The notes under the pieces were generated by a model. The model was not told where the DNA came from and did not search any database. It saw only the letters and a program-made list of their open reading frames with translations. Made by a program: the position numbers and the translations under genes. Of a stretch of 64,000 bases of DNA, positions 48,721 to 58,735 are shown one piece after another; the stretch's first letter is position 1, and each line of letters opens with the position of its first letter. This DNA comes from Gemmatimonadota bacterium. Its GTDB lineage: Bacteria; Gemmatimonadota; Gemmatimonadetes; Gemmatimonadales; GWC2-71-9. The DNA is taken from assembly GCA_036679645.1 (NCBI GenBank), contig JAZDCY010000014.1, positions 258,601 through 322,600 on the forward strand, written 5' to 3'.

Positions 48721-49950
48721 ATGGCGTCGAGATATGACATCGTAATCGTGGGGGCCGGCATCGCCGGCTCGTCCAGTGCGATCGCTCTTGCACCCGAGGG
48801 CTATCGTATCTTGCTCCTGGACCGGGCGCTGTTCCCTCGCGACAAGCCCTGCGGCGAAGGCATCATGCCACAGGGCACGCAAATCCTGGCGGAGCTTGGG
48901 CTCTTGCCGGAGATCCTCGCCCGTGGTGGGACGAGGGTTCGCGGAATGCGGTATTGGAACCGCCAAAGTGTCCTGGCACAGGCAGACTTCCCGCCCAGCG
49001 GGGGCGGGGGCGGGGGCGGCATCTCCTTCGGCCTCGTCATGCGGCGCTATCACCTGGACAACCTGCTGCTGGAAAGAGCTGCGTCCTTCACGAACGTCTC
49101 GGTGCGCCAGGGATTCTGCGTAACCGACGTCGTACAAGAAGATGGGGGCGTTAAAGGGGTCGGCGGACATGCGGTAGACTCCCCGAACCAGCGCGAAGTT
49201 TTTCATGCTCCCCTGACCATTGGGACCGATGGGCGCCATTCCGTGTTCCATGCAGCTTGTGGGCTCACCAAGACCGTCCTTCGGCGCAAGCGCTTCGGCG
49301 TGACGGGCCACTTGCGAGGGGTTGAAGGCACCGGCCCCTATGTCGAGGTACTGCTTTGTCCCGGTGGCGAGATCTATGTCGCCCCCTGCGCGGAAGAGAC
49401 AACGCTCGTCGCCATCCTGCTCGAAGCAAAAGCCATGCGGTTCTTCAAGGGCGATCTCGCTGCTCGGTACGCCGACTTCCTACACGGCGTCAAGGGTTTC
49501 AGGGAGCGCATCACGAAGAGCGAGTTGGTACCCCCTGTGGCAGCCGTCGGGCCGCTGGGCTTTACGATCGAGCCCTGCTACCGACCGGGTCTCCTTCTTA
49601 TAGGCGACAGCGCGGGGTTTCTGGACCCGATCACCGGAGAGGGGATGGCACTCGCGTTGAAGAGTGTGAAAGCCGCCCTGCCTCTCATCAAAGAGTCCTT
49701 TGCCGTCGGCAGTTTTGACGTGGCACTCGGACAGCGATATGCGCGGGCCCGCTTCCAAGTCATAGCGGATGTCTTCCGATTCACCCAACTGCTCTTGAAT
49801 CTTTCCCAGTACAGATTCATCGCGGACCGCGCCATTCGGCGGCTCAGCCGGGATCAGTGGCTGTTTCAGAAGCTTCTCGGCGTCGTCACCGGGAGCCAGA
49901 CGTATCGGGACATTTCGTTGCGTGACAAAGCTGCCCTCCTGATGGGATGA
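48721..49950 (+). CDS. FAD/NAD(P)-dependent oxidoreductase (geranylgeranyl-reductase-like)
   Basis: GAGIAG, FPRDKPCGEG, GDSAGFLDPITGEGM. Confidence 0.88.
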   Translation: MASRYDIVIVGAGIAGSSSAIALAPEGYRILLLDRALFPRDKPCGEGIMPQGTQILAELGLLPEILARGGTRVRGMRYWNRQSVLAQADFPPSGGGGGGGISFGLVMRRYHLDNLLLERAASFTNVSVRQGFCVTDVVQEDGGVKGVGGHAVDSPNQREVFHAPLTIGTDGRHSVFHAACGLTKTVLRRKRFGVTGHLRGVEGTGPYVEVLLCPGGEIYVAPCAEETTLVAILLEAKAMRFFKGDLAARYADFLHGVKGFRERITKSELVPPVAAVGPLGFTIEPCYRPGLLLIGDSAGFLDPITGEGMALALKSVKAALPLIKESFAVGSFDVALGQRYARARFQVIADVFRFTQLLLNLSQYRFIADRAIRRLSRDQWLFQKLLGVVTGSQTYRDISLRDKAALLMG

Positions 49951-50115
49951 GCAAGAGCGCTTCGCTTCGCGCGGCTATCTACGCGTTCGCCATGCTCAGC
50001 GGGAGCACCAACGGATTGGAGGCCCAGGGGACAGTCACAGACGACAGCCTCTTTTCGCTAGCGCTGGGGACTCAGAAGCGCGTCAAGATCTACCTTCCGC
50101 CATCCTATCATCGGA
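49947..50115 (+). pseudogene. N-terminal fragment of a secreted esterase (alpha/beta hydrolase)
   Basis: Signal peptide plus DSLFSLALGTQKRVKIYLPPSY, cut off by the convergent gene. Confidence 0.65.
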
Positions 50116-51403
50116 CACGCACCCGTCCCTTGTGGCCGTTGTGGAGCGTGCACTCGTAGTCGTAGTCGCCGGCCGCAACGAACGTGCGAGAGATTGCCGA
50201 TCCCGGGGAAGTATCCGGGATGTTCCCGCCCGGCGGAGCAGAACCGTCGAATGTCACATTGTGCGTGATCCCCGAGAAGATCCACGTCACCATCCCGCCA
50301 ACCGGAATCTCGACTCGTTCGGGGATAAACTGATCGGCGGTCATCGTCACCGTATCCACGCTCGTGGGCGGTGGCGGTGGAGGCGGCGCCGAGTCGACCC
50401 TAATTAAACCAGCCATCCCCTGCCCACCCGCGTCACCGTGGAACTGGCAGTAGTACGGCAGCGTCGTGCCCAGTGGGGTTGATGCCGGCACGATCCAACT
50501 CCACCGCTGACCCGCATCGACGGTACCCGAATCCCACGTACCGTCATCCGCCGTGCTCGTGTGCGGCCGGTTGCCGGTGTTGTCCCACACGATCTTCGTC
50601 CCCGGCATTACGGTGATCGTAGCGTCCGTGAAGAAGTTGTCCTGCATCTGGACGACAACGGAATCGGTTGATGACGCGTGCGTCCCTACGCGGATAGTGC
50701 CCGACATCCCAATTCCACCCGTGTCGCCATGGAACACGCAGTAGTACGGCAGCGTTGAATCTGGTTGCGCATCGATTGGTACGGTCCAGCTCCAACTTTC
50801 TCCCGGCTGCTTGGTGCCGGAGTCCCAAAGCCCGTCATCACTAGTCGCGGTGTGCGGGCGACTCCCGGTGTTACGCCAGATGATGCGCGTGCCGGGCTCG
50901 GCAGTGACATCCGCCGAGAGGAAGAAGTTATCATCCATCAACACGACGACCGAATCAGATGAGGCCGTCTGACCGGATGTAACCGTGACGCTTGTGGTGG
51001 CGCTTATCGACCCACCCGCATACTCGAGTGTGACCTTAGGCGTATACGTCCCGGTGTCCGCATACGTACAGGCGTCGGCAGCGGAATACGGATTCACGTC
51101 GGTGCGTACCTCGACTTCGAACTCTCCGTCGTTCGTACAGTCAAAGCGGTACGTCAGCGGCGGTACTGGTGGAGCGACTACCGCCGCCGTGAGCCCAATG
51201 ATCAACGGTGCGACACCGCCGCTCGGGCTAGCGGCAAGCGATACCGACATTGTCCCGGGCTCGGTCGTGAACTCTTCGCCGCGATCACACGAGATGCCGT
51301 ACGCAGCGATCAGGATACACGCATACCCCCAGGCGATCGTCTTGGGGAAGAATACCCGAACACAATGATCGTATTTTGCTCTGCGCCGTACGCGCCACTT
51401 CAT
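50108..51403 (-). CDS. Probable lipoprotein with a PKD-like domain and three plastocyanin-like cupredoxin domains
   Basis: PHTAT...YYCVFHG...GM; PHTST...YYCQFHG...GM; HNVTF...YECTLHNGH; GISC lipobox candidate; start uncertain. Confidence 0.8.
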   Translation of the reverse strand: MKWRVRRRAKYDHCVRVFFPKTIAWGYACILIAAYGISCDRGEEFTTEPGTMSVSLAASPSGGVAPLIIGLTAAVVAPPVPPLTYRFDCTNDGEFEVEVRTDVNPYSAADACTYADTGTYTPKVTLEYAGGSISATTSVTVTSGQTASSDSVVVLMDDNFFLSADVTAEPGTRIIWRNTGSRPHTATSDDGLWDSGTKQPGESWSWTVPIDAQPDSTLPYYCVFHGDTGGIGMSGTIRVGTHASSTDSVVVQMQDNFFTDATITVMPGTKIVWDNTGNRPHTSTADDGTWDSGTVDAGQRWSWIVPASTPLGTTLPYYCQFHGDAGGQGMAGLIRVDSAPPPPPPPTSVDTVTMTADQFIPERVEIPVGGMVTWIFSGITHNVTFDGSAPPGGNIPDTSPGSAISRTFVAAGDYDYECTLHNGHKGRVRVR

Positions 51404-51600
51404 ACACACCTCCCGAAGCAACTCAACGGACAAATCTCATTCCCGCCAAACATCGCACACCAGAGACGACGGGCAGCGACGGATCGTCCATATGGGAGTG
51501 ATGAACTCTCACTTACTGTCCATCACTACTGTACTGGGGGTTAAGCGTTCGTGGGCTGAGTATGAAGCTTTCGTGAGCGGCTCGCCCTATCCCGACAGAT

Positions 51601-53280
51601 CTATGATGGGCGCCCTGCGTGGCCGGGATCCGCGGTGATACCGAAACGGTTTAGCAACCCGGATTCCCGCTGCCGGCGGAGCCATACGATCAGCCCGTAC
51701 TCCGCGCCAACGGCACCGAGGACGACGAGCAACACGACCAGGTAACTCGTCCCGGGAGGCGATTCGCGCAGGTGGAGGAAATACCACGAGGAGACCGCCA
51801 TCTTCAGGCCCGTCTCGCCATTGGCACCTTCCCACACGTGGAAGGCAATCGGGACAATTCGACCCGGTTCCAACTGAACCTCTCGCGCGCCGTCCTCTGT
51901 AGCGAGCGGCCTGCGAATAACCACGGTCCACTGGCCGTCCGCCCACGTGGCGTTCGCGGACGCGCGCTGGCTCTCGGCGTCATGAGGCTCGGGCGGCTGG
52001 GCCGCACCCCGGCCGCGGAGTTCGACCGCTGTCGGATCGCCGGCGCGATCCGCCTGCCAGCGCCAGAGGTCGACCGGCTGCCCGGCGCTGCCGTATACGA
52101 AATGCGGAAGCGCCGGTCCCCCGCCGTAGCGCAGCGGGAACATCACTTCTATACCATCAGGGTACGTGGCCCGTGTCCGAGCGCCATCGGGGAAAAACCG
52201 CGGAAACGTATCGTCGGCTTCCCACCCGTCGCGATGCGTGAGCGCAGAATCGACCGATATCGTGTCCATGAAGCGGTCGTTCCACCGCAGACGAAACGCG
52301 ACATCAGAGGCGTCATAGAGCACTTGCACCGCGAGATCGGACACGGCTGGGACCTGCCAGCGTGGTGGAAACGTGGCCTGACCGGAGAGGGTGAGCCACG
52401 CCTCGGGGGCGTCCGCCCACGCTGGGTCATTGGGCGCGGTCGGCAGTGAATCGTCGACACGCACTGCGGTGATCACCACATTGGTCGCCGGCGTGCCAGC
52501 AAGCGGTGCAGCAAGCGATGAGACGTAGTACGCGAGACGCCAGCGGTCGTCCTCGCTTAGCGTCTCCGAGTATGACGGCATTGGCGTGCCATCGAGCCCC
52601 GTGCTGAGACGTAGGTACATCTCGCGAGGTGTGCTGCCCCCCTTGATCTTCCATCCGGTCTGCAGGTCGGCCGGCAGCACCGGAAAGTCCCAGTCGTCGG
52701 TGAGTTCGGCCGCGCGCTCGCCGTCACCACGCCCCACCTGCCCGTGGCACTCCCAGCAGTCGGCATCTTCGAAGACGGTTACGCCTGCGTCCCGCAGTTC
52801 TGCAGACGAGCCATCTGGCGGTGACCCTATAGCTACGACAAACTGGTATGGGTCGAACTCTTCGTCCTCGAACAGCCCTTCCGCGAATGTCTTGATGTAC
52901 GCAATCACCTGCCATCGCTCGGCTGCGCTCAGCACAGACTGCCACTCGGGCATCGCCGTGCCCGGGATGCCAAGCGAAATGGTCCGGAACAGATCCTCGT
53001 CAGTCGGGAGTTCGCCGCTCTCTGTCGTGCGCAACTTGAAACTGGCGAGTGTGAAGTCTCTCGGCCGGGGCCAGAGATATTCGGCCACCGGACCAGTTCC
53101 GTCACCGTCTTCACCATGACAGAACCAACAACGTTCCTCGTAAAGACGCCGACCCGCTTCCGTGCTCGCAGCATCCGCAACGGGCCGCCCGGGAACGGAC
53201 AAGTCAATCCATTGCGCCGACGCAGCATGGGGAACAATGGCAATCGCGATCCAGACGAGGGCTGCGTGGAGCAACTTCAC
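51601..53280 (-). CDS. Membrane-anchored diheme cytochrome c with an ethylbenzene-dehydrogenase-gamma-like (EB_dh/DOMON) domain
   Basis: CWFCH, CWECH, PRDFT...LPTDEDL; RLRWND, WTVVIRRPL, AFHVWEGANGE; C-terminal TM. Confidence 0.85.
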   Translation of the reverse strand: MKLLHAALVWIAIAIVPHAASAQWIDLSVPGRPVADAASTEAGRRLYEERCWFCHGEDGDGTGPVAEYLWPRPRDFTLASFKLRTTESGELPTDEDLFRTISLGIPGTAMPEWQSVLSAAERWQVIAYIKTFAEGLFEDEEFDPYQFVVAIGSPPDGSSAELRDAGVTVFEDADCWECHGQVGRGDGERAAELTDDWDFPVLPADLQTGWKIKGGSTPREMYLRLSTGLDGTPMPSYSETLSEDDRWRLAYYVSSLAAPLAGTPATNVVITAVRVDDSLPTAPNDPAWADAPEAWLTLSGQATFPPRWQVPAVSDLAVQVLYDASDVAFRLRWNDRFMDTISVDSALTHRDGWEADDTFPRFFPDGARTRATYPDGIEVMFPLRYGGGPALPHFVYGSAGQPVDLWRWQADRAGDPTAVELRGRGAAQPPEPHDAESQRASANATWADGQWTVVIRRPLATEDGAREVQLEPGRIVPIAFHVWEGANGETGLKMAVSSWYFLHLRESPPGTSYLVVLLVVLGAVGAEYGLIVWLRRQRESGLLNRFGITADPGHAGRPS

Positions 53281-54062
53281 CGCTCGCCCCCCTCCGGTAT
53301 CCGCGGCTCTCTACCACTGATCCGGTACTCGGCGAGAATGATGCGCCAGATCTCGTCCGACGTGAGTTGGTCCTTCCACGACGGCATGGCCGAGTTCCAC
53401 GGGGTCGCAATGACGGGGAGCCCGGGCGCACCCTCTTCGATGCGCCAGAACGGATACGACTCCACGACTGTGGCGATAGTGCCGGGGTCGGTGAAGTCGA
53501 CGGGCCTGAGTCGCAGGCCCCGCGCGAGCGGGCCGCCGCCGTCAGCCTTGGTGCCGTGACACGGCCGGCAATTCGTTTGGAACAGCACCACTCCTTCACG
53601 TTCGGCCTCTTCGCGGTCGGCTGCTGACAGTGCGCGAAACGGGTTTGTGAGTTCGGCGTACCGATCCGGCATTGTCGGATGCTGCACGCGCAGCGCCGCC
53701 GGTGGGGTCGTCCGGGGCATCACTCGCCCCCATGTGAACCACCCCATGGCCAACGGGAGCAGGGCGAGCACCGCGAGCTGCATACGCGGGATCGCTACGC
53801 GAGGCACGACGAACAGGCGCACGATCGGCCCCATGAATGCGTGCCACCGCTGGTCATCGCTGCTCAGGTACACTGCCGCACCGACGAACGCGCACGCCAT
53901 GTAGATCGCAAGCGCGAACGCCGGTACCGGCGCCGGATTGGGGCTCGCGCCCGTGAGCACCGCAACCCACGGAATCAAGAAGCGAATGCCAAGATAGACC
54001 GCAGCGAGTATGGCGACGGTCCACACAAAGACCCGCGGATTCCGCCCTATCGGATTCGTCAC
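53277..54062 (-). CDS. Membrane-bound monoheme cytochrome c
   Basis: About three N-terminal TMs, CRPCH, FWRIEEGAPGLP...PWNSAMP. Confidence 0.85.
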   Translation of the reverse strand: MTNPIGRNPRVFVWTVAILAAVYLGIRFLIPWVAVLTGASPNPAPVPAFALAIYMACAFVGAAVYLSSDDQRWHAFMGPIVRLFVVPRVAIPRMQLAVLALLPLAMGWFTWGRVMPRTTPPAALRVQHPTMPDRYAELTNPFRALSAADREEAEREGVVLFQTNCRPCHGTKADGGGPLARGLRLRPVDFTDPGTIATVVESYPFWRIEEGAPGLPVIATPWNSAMPSWKDQLTSDEIWRIILAEYRISGREPRIPEGGER

Positions 54063-54070
54063 CGCTCCTC

Positions 54071-55051
54071 CTACTGCAGCGTCAGCAAGAAGGCCAACAG
54101 ATCGTGCAACGCTCCCACTGTCAGCACCTCGGCAAAATTGTCTGGCATTAGTGAGAGCTCTTGCACGCGTTGTCGCGCTATGTCGGACTTCGCGACTGGG
54201 AGCTCCTCACCGTCAGAGGTCGCGAGCCAAAGAGAATCTTCAGTTTCCCGGCGCACGATGCCATCGAGTATGCGGCCGTCAGTGGTTTGGATGAGCGAGG
54301 CTTCGTAACCACTGGCAATCTCGGCACTCGGCCGGAGGATAGCCTCGATGATGAACTGCGCGGTCCGCGTACCGGCGACCGTGGTGAGTTCGGGTCCGAT
54401 TTCTCCGCCGCGATCGCCTACGCGGTGACACTTCGCGCACGGCGCCGGCCCATCGACGTCGAAGAACAGGGCCCGCCCATTCAGTGAGTCGCCGACTATG
54501 TAGGGCTCCCACGGTGCCGCGCTACCCGCCCGTCGACTGGCTTGCCGTATGGATGCTGGTAGAACGATTGCGCCCGGATCCGGGGCACCGCCGACCGACT
54601 GCAAGTACAGGATGACCGACGCGATCGCATCAGGACCGAGGCTTATAGGTGGCTCGTACACCTTCGGCATCTCGTCCTTGAAGCCCTCGACCACGTACGC
54701 GCTGGGATCCGCAATGGATTCGATCAGGTATTCGGTGGCGGTCATGTCATGACCAAGTGCCGCGGCACGCTCGCTCGCTCGCCCGACGGCGCGGATCGCG
54801 ATCTCGGACCCGGCTGCAGACTGTCCCAGGTTAGGGCAGCGAACGGAACTGCCGATCGTGCCGATAGCGTGACACGTGTGACACTTGCCCGGACCCCAGA
54901 ACACCTGCTCGCCGATCTCGACGCTGACCCCTTCTCCAACCGCCCCGCCGCCGCCGCCACCGGACGCTCGTGTGACGATCTCGCCAGCCCATACGAACAT
55001 GCCTACGAGCGCGACGGTAAACAGCGGCGTCTTGATCCAATTACTGCCCAC
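54071..55051 (-). CDS. Membrane-anchored diheme cytochrome c
   Basis: CHTCH...EYLIESI.DP..YVV.G...MP; CAKCH...IGPELT...SLMP. Confidence 0.87.
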   Translation of the reverse strand: MGSNWIKTPLFTVALVGMFVWAGEIVTRASGGGGGGAVGEGVSVEIGEQVFWGPGKCHTCHAIGTIGSSVRCPNLGQSAAGSEIAIRAVGRASERAAALGHDMTATEYLIESIADPSAYVVEGFKDEMPKVYEPPISLGPDAIASVILYLQSVGGAPDPGAIVLPASIRQASRRAGSAAPWEPYIVGDSLNGRALFFDVDGPAPCAKCHRVGDRGGEIGPELTTVAGTRTAQFIIEAILRPSAEIASGYEASLIQTTDGRILDGIVRRETEDSLWLATSDGEELPVAKSDIARQRVQELSLMPDNFAEVLTVGALHDLLAFLLTLQ

Positions 55052-55084
55052 GCGCGTCGCTCCTCGCCCAAGCCCGAGTCGTTG

Positions 55085-57091
55085 TCATGTGACCTCGGTC
55101 GGGACAGATGCCGCGTCGGCCTGCGCGGGCCCGTTCTTCTTGCCCGTGAGCCCCGCCAGCCAGAACAGGAACGCCACCGCGGCCAAGAACACCAGCGTGA
55201 TGGCGCCGACCATGCGAGCCATCTCGGCGTTGCTGGGCGTGTACGCCCACTGCGACGTATCCTGAAGCACGCCGTAGATGTGCCAGTTCTCCCGCAGCCC
55301 CGACCGGACGAAACCCATGAGCCCCATCGTGAGCACGATCGTGACGCACAAGGCGATGAGGGCGTACTGCGCTCGCTCGGGTACATCACCCCAACGAATC
55401 CGCCCGATGCTCTGCGCACCCCGAAGGAGCGGGATATCGATCGCGGTCACGAGCAGGAGAGCCGTCATGAGAATCAGCCACTGCGTGACCGCGATCTGGC
55501 GGAGGAACGGATTCGCCTGGGTCATCACGACAAACCCGTAGACACCCAGCACCCCGACCGATTCGATGGCCACGACCGCTACGTAGAGTACCTGAGCCAC
55601 GTGTCCCCGGTCGCGCAACGTGAGCACCACGCTGGCAACCACCGCAGCCATCGTCACGACCAAGAGCACAGCGGGTAGGCGGAAGTACACGGCCTTTTCG
55701 GGACCGAGGTCAAGGGCTTCCGGGTCAAGCGTGAACAGGGCGTGTGCGTACCATCCGAGCAGGAGCAGGCACAGCACCCCTCCTCCCATGAGCGTCGCTT
55801 TGGCGCCGATACCCTGTGTTGAAACCGGAACCAGGCTCGTCTTGTTGGCCCTGCGGTACAGCAGGAAGCTCGCAAACGTCGCCAGGATGATGAAGTTGAT
55901 GACCGCGTTCTTAGCGGCCATCAAGCCAAAATAGCCCAGGATCGGGTGAATCTGCCCGCCCAATGCGAGCTGCTCTTCGCCGGTCAGCGGGAGGTTGCGG
56001 GGCGTGAGCCAGATTGCGACACAGACTATGAGAATGGCATTGAAGTACTTGATATACTTCTGATATCGCTCCGCACCCGGGATCCGTCGCATTCCGGACC
56101 ACAAGTAATAGTTGCCGAGAATGAACAACATGCCGACGAGCATTGCCTGCATGATGAATGTCCAGGAAAACGCGCCGCCCATCATGTTGTTGCCCATGAT
56201 GGGGCTCGTGCTGTAGATCTCTCGGCCCAGGTAGTAGCCGGCAAATGGGAGAGGAATGAGCGCCGCCAGGCCAATGAAGTTCCCGACGTATCCCATCCAA
56301 TCATAATGCGCGCGTTCCTCGGTTGTGCGCGCCGAGAGGAACTTCACCGCCGCATACGCTCCGACCACGAAGCCGCCAAACACGATGTTCCCGAGCAGTC
56401 GATGGATGTTCAGCGGCATCCAGAGGGGATTGGTGACCGCCTCCATGGTCGTTCCCACAAAAGTGCCACTTTCGTCGAAGCCTACGGGACTCATCATGTA
56501 CGATGCCCATGCGTTCCCGATGAACACGAGCGCCGTACCCGAGACATTGAGCAGGACACCCAACGTGATATGGAGTCCCTTCCGCCCCTGCAGACGGCTC
56601 CACGAGTTGTAATACAGGTAGAGGAGCGCGGTTTCCACGAAGAAGAATCCGGCGTACACGTACATCGACGGAGCGAAGATGCGCACGAAGTACGTGGAGA
56701 ATTGCGGGTACAGACCGAAGAGCGTGAACGCTAGGAGCCCGCCCAGCGCAGCCGTCATGGCAAAGGCCGCGGCCAGCAGACGCGTGAACTCATGAGCGAG
56801 TTTATCGTAGCGGTGGTCCCCCGTGCGCCATCCAATAAACTCGACGATGACCGCGAATAGGGGAACGCCGAGCACGAACGCGGCGAACAGCAGGTGCATC
56901 TGTGCAACGAACCAGACGACGTTGCGCGGGTTGAGACCGAAGAAAGTGCGAACCGTGTCGGGCGCGTCTTGCGCCGCCAGGAGTACATCCGGGCCGACGA
57001 GCGTCAGCGCAACGAGGGTCAAGGCGATACGCGCTACGCCCCACGCGCGGACACTCACTCGCGCCGCACGCTGTGTGATGAGCTTGGACAC
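55085..57091 (-). CDS. Cytochrome bd-like oxidase subunit I (non-canonical, Nitrospira/OR-N-like)
   Basis: QMHLLFAAFVLGVP and NIHRLLGN heme-ligand His equivalents; GFVRSGLRENWHIYG in place of GRQPW; no cydB adjacent. Confidence 0.82.
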   Translation of the reverse strand: MSKLITQRAARVSVRAWGVARIALTLVALTLVGPDVLLAAQDAPDTVRTFFGLNPRNVVWFVAQMHLLFAAFVLGVPLFAVIVEFIGWRTGDHRYDKLAHEFTRLLAAAFAMTAALGGLLAFTLFGLYPQFSTYFVRIFAPSMYVYAGFFFVETALLYLYYNSWSRLQGRKGLHITLGVLLNVSGTALVFIGNAWASYMMSPVGFDESGTFVGTTMEAVTNPLWMPLNIHRLLGNIVFGGFVVGAYAAVKFLSARTTEERAHYDWMGYVGNFIGLAALIPLPFAGYYLGREIYSTSPIMGNNMMGGAFSWTFIMQAMLVGMLFILGNYYLWSGMRRIPGAERYQKYIKYFNAILIVCVAIWLTPRNLPLTGEEQLALGGQIHPILGYFGLMAAKNAVINFIILATFASFLLYRRANKTSLVPVSTQGIGAKATLMGGGVLCLLLLGWYAHALFTLDPEALDLGPEKAVYFRLPAVLLVVTMAAVVASVVLTLRDRGHVAQVLYVAVVAIESVGVLGVYGFVVMTQANPFLRQIAVTQWLILMTALLLVTAIDIPLLRGAQSIGRIRWGDVPERAQYALIALCVTIVLTMGLMGFVRSGLRENWHIYGVLQDTSQWAYTPSNAEMARMVGAITLVFLAAVAFLFWLAGLTGKKNGPAQADAASVPTEVT

Positions 57092-57094
57092 GCC

Positions 57095-57895
57095 CTAAGT
57101 TTGTGGGCTCAGCTCAGCATTGACAACTGTTGACTGATTAGCGCTTACCGTGACGTCCTGCGTAGTCGTGCCGAGCGTCTCGTGCCAGATCTCGACCGTG
57201 TACGTGCCCGGCGGCACGTTCTCGATGACGAACTCCCCATCCGCTCCGGTCAGCGCGTGGTACGGATGGTCGATGACGATCACCCACGCGTTCATCCACT
57301 CATGGATGTCGCACTTCACCTTTACCTTGTCGGCGTAGGCAAACGTCGTCTCGATCTCGCGCATCGCGGCGGGCTGCGCGCGATTCAAAGGCCGGTTCTC
57401 AAAGGTGACCGTGTGCACGTTGTGCGTGATTGGGTCGCTGTTCAGAATCTTTATTGTTGAGCCCACCGATACGAGCAGGATATGCGGTGCAAACTGGCAC
57501 CCGTCTTGATCCAATGAGGCTGCGGCGGCAGGCGTCTCGAGCGCAGCTCCTTGCGAGATGTTGGTGATGGAAACGACTGCGTTCGCGAGGCCGTCGCCGG
57601 CGCCCGTCTGGACGGTCTGAATCACCTTGGACGCCCCGCACGTTCCCACATCTTCTCCGATGGTCACCGTTCGAGGTGCCGGGGCCGCGCCGGCCAGACG
57701 AATAGTCCCGCGAATCGACCCAGCGTTCGACACGGCCACCACCGAGTAGCCCGAGCCGCTGGCCGCCGCCGGCTGCGCCGCGGGCAAGGTATCGGAGGCC
57801 GCGCTGTCGCCGGCGTTATCACCTCCGCCACCACAGGCTACCAGACCCGCGGACAATGTTGCAAGGAACAGTCCTGTCGTCTTGGTCATCACCAT
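57095..57895 (-). CDS. Lipoprotein, cupredoxin-like plus carboxypeptidase-regulatory-like domain
   Basis: LVAC lipobox, LDQDGCQFAPH, NSDPITHNVH, CDIHEWM. Confidence 0.82.
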   Translation of the reverse strand: MVMTKTTGLFLATLSAGLVACGGGGDNAGDSAASDTLPAAQPAAASGSGYSVVAVSNAGSIRGTIRLAGAAPAPRTVTIGEDVGTCGASKVIQTVQTGAGDGLANAVVSITNISQGAALETPAAAASLDQDGCQFAPHILLVSVGSTIKILNSDPITHNVHTVTFENRPLNRAQPAAMREIETTFAYADKVKVKCDIHEWMNAWVIVIDHPYHALTGADGEFVIENVPPGTYTVEIWHETLGTTTQDVTVSANQSTVVNAELSPQT

Positions 57896-57973
57896 GTCTT
57901 CATCCCCACGATTGGGTTCGAGTAGTGGGCGGCAACGGCTACAAGCCATCGCCGGTTTGATCCAACCGGCGAC

Positions 57974-58678
57974 CTAGGGAGAGAACGTGAAGGTGACAGT
58001 GGCTGCAGTGCCCTCCTCAACGGTGACAGATTGCTCCAACTCCCCGAACACCTCGTGCCAGATTTTCACGGTGTGCGTTCCCACCGGTACGTCGCTTATC
58101 TCGAAGGCACCATCCGCGCCCGAGACCGCGAAATAGGGATGGTCGAAAATGACGATCTGTGCGTGCATCCACGAGTGTGCGTCGCATTCAACCTCGATCC
58201 TGCCCGCCCGGCGCAGTGGCCGATCGGCTGTGATTTCAGCACCCTTGCGGGACAATGCCCAATTGCCAACGGTCCGAGTGCGCGTTCCACGCACCATGTT
58301 GAGATGGGTGTTGTGCAGGACGTCGTCCTGATTGGTTACGAGGAGCGTGCCACCCGCCGTCGTCGCGAGCACCGGCGGATCGAACATGCAGCCCTCGTTG
58401 GCGAGTGTGTACTCACGCTCCCCGGGATCCCCTGCAACCCCTTCGACCGAGGCAACGGCGTATGCGACGTTTCCGCCGCTGACCATGACGTCCCTGGCGT
58501 TGAGACTCTCGCCGCAAACCTCCGGGTTCTTATCGACCGTGATAACGCGAGGCGCAGGTGCGGATCCTGACAGACGGACCGTTCCCCTGATCGTTCCGGT
58601 TTGCGACCACAATGACGCCGGCATAACCAACAGTGCGGCTGCGATGGTTCGCGTCAGTGCAGCAGACAAGGTGTTCAC
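57974..58678 (-). CDS. Cupredoxin-like plus carboxypeptidase-regulatory-like domain protein
   Basis: NEGCMFDP, NQDDVLHNTH, CDAHSWM; GGAGGA RBS. Confidence 0.82.
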   Translation of the reverse strand: MNTLSAALTRTIAAALLVMPASLWSQTGTIRGTVRLSGSAPAPRVITVDKNPEVCGESLNARDVMVSGGNVAYAVASVEGVAGDPGEREYTLANEGCMFDPPVLATTAGGTLLVTNQDDVLHNTHLNMVRGTRTRTVGNWALSRKGAEITADRPLRRAGRIEVECDAHSWMHAQIVIFDHPYFAVSGADGAFEISDVPVGTHTVKIWHEVFGELEQSVTVEEGTAATVTFTFSP

Positions 58679-58735
58679 AAAGATTCCTCCTCCGAAATCA
58701 GTTCCAGTACGCCGGCCTTCCAGCGGGTTGTTACG

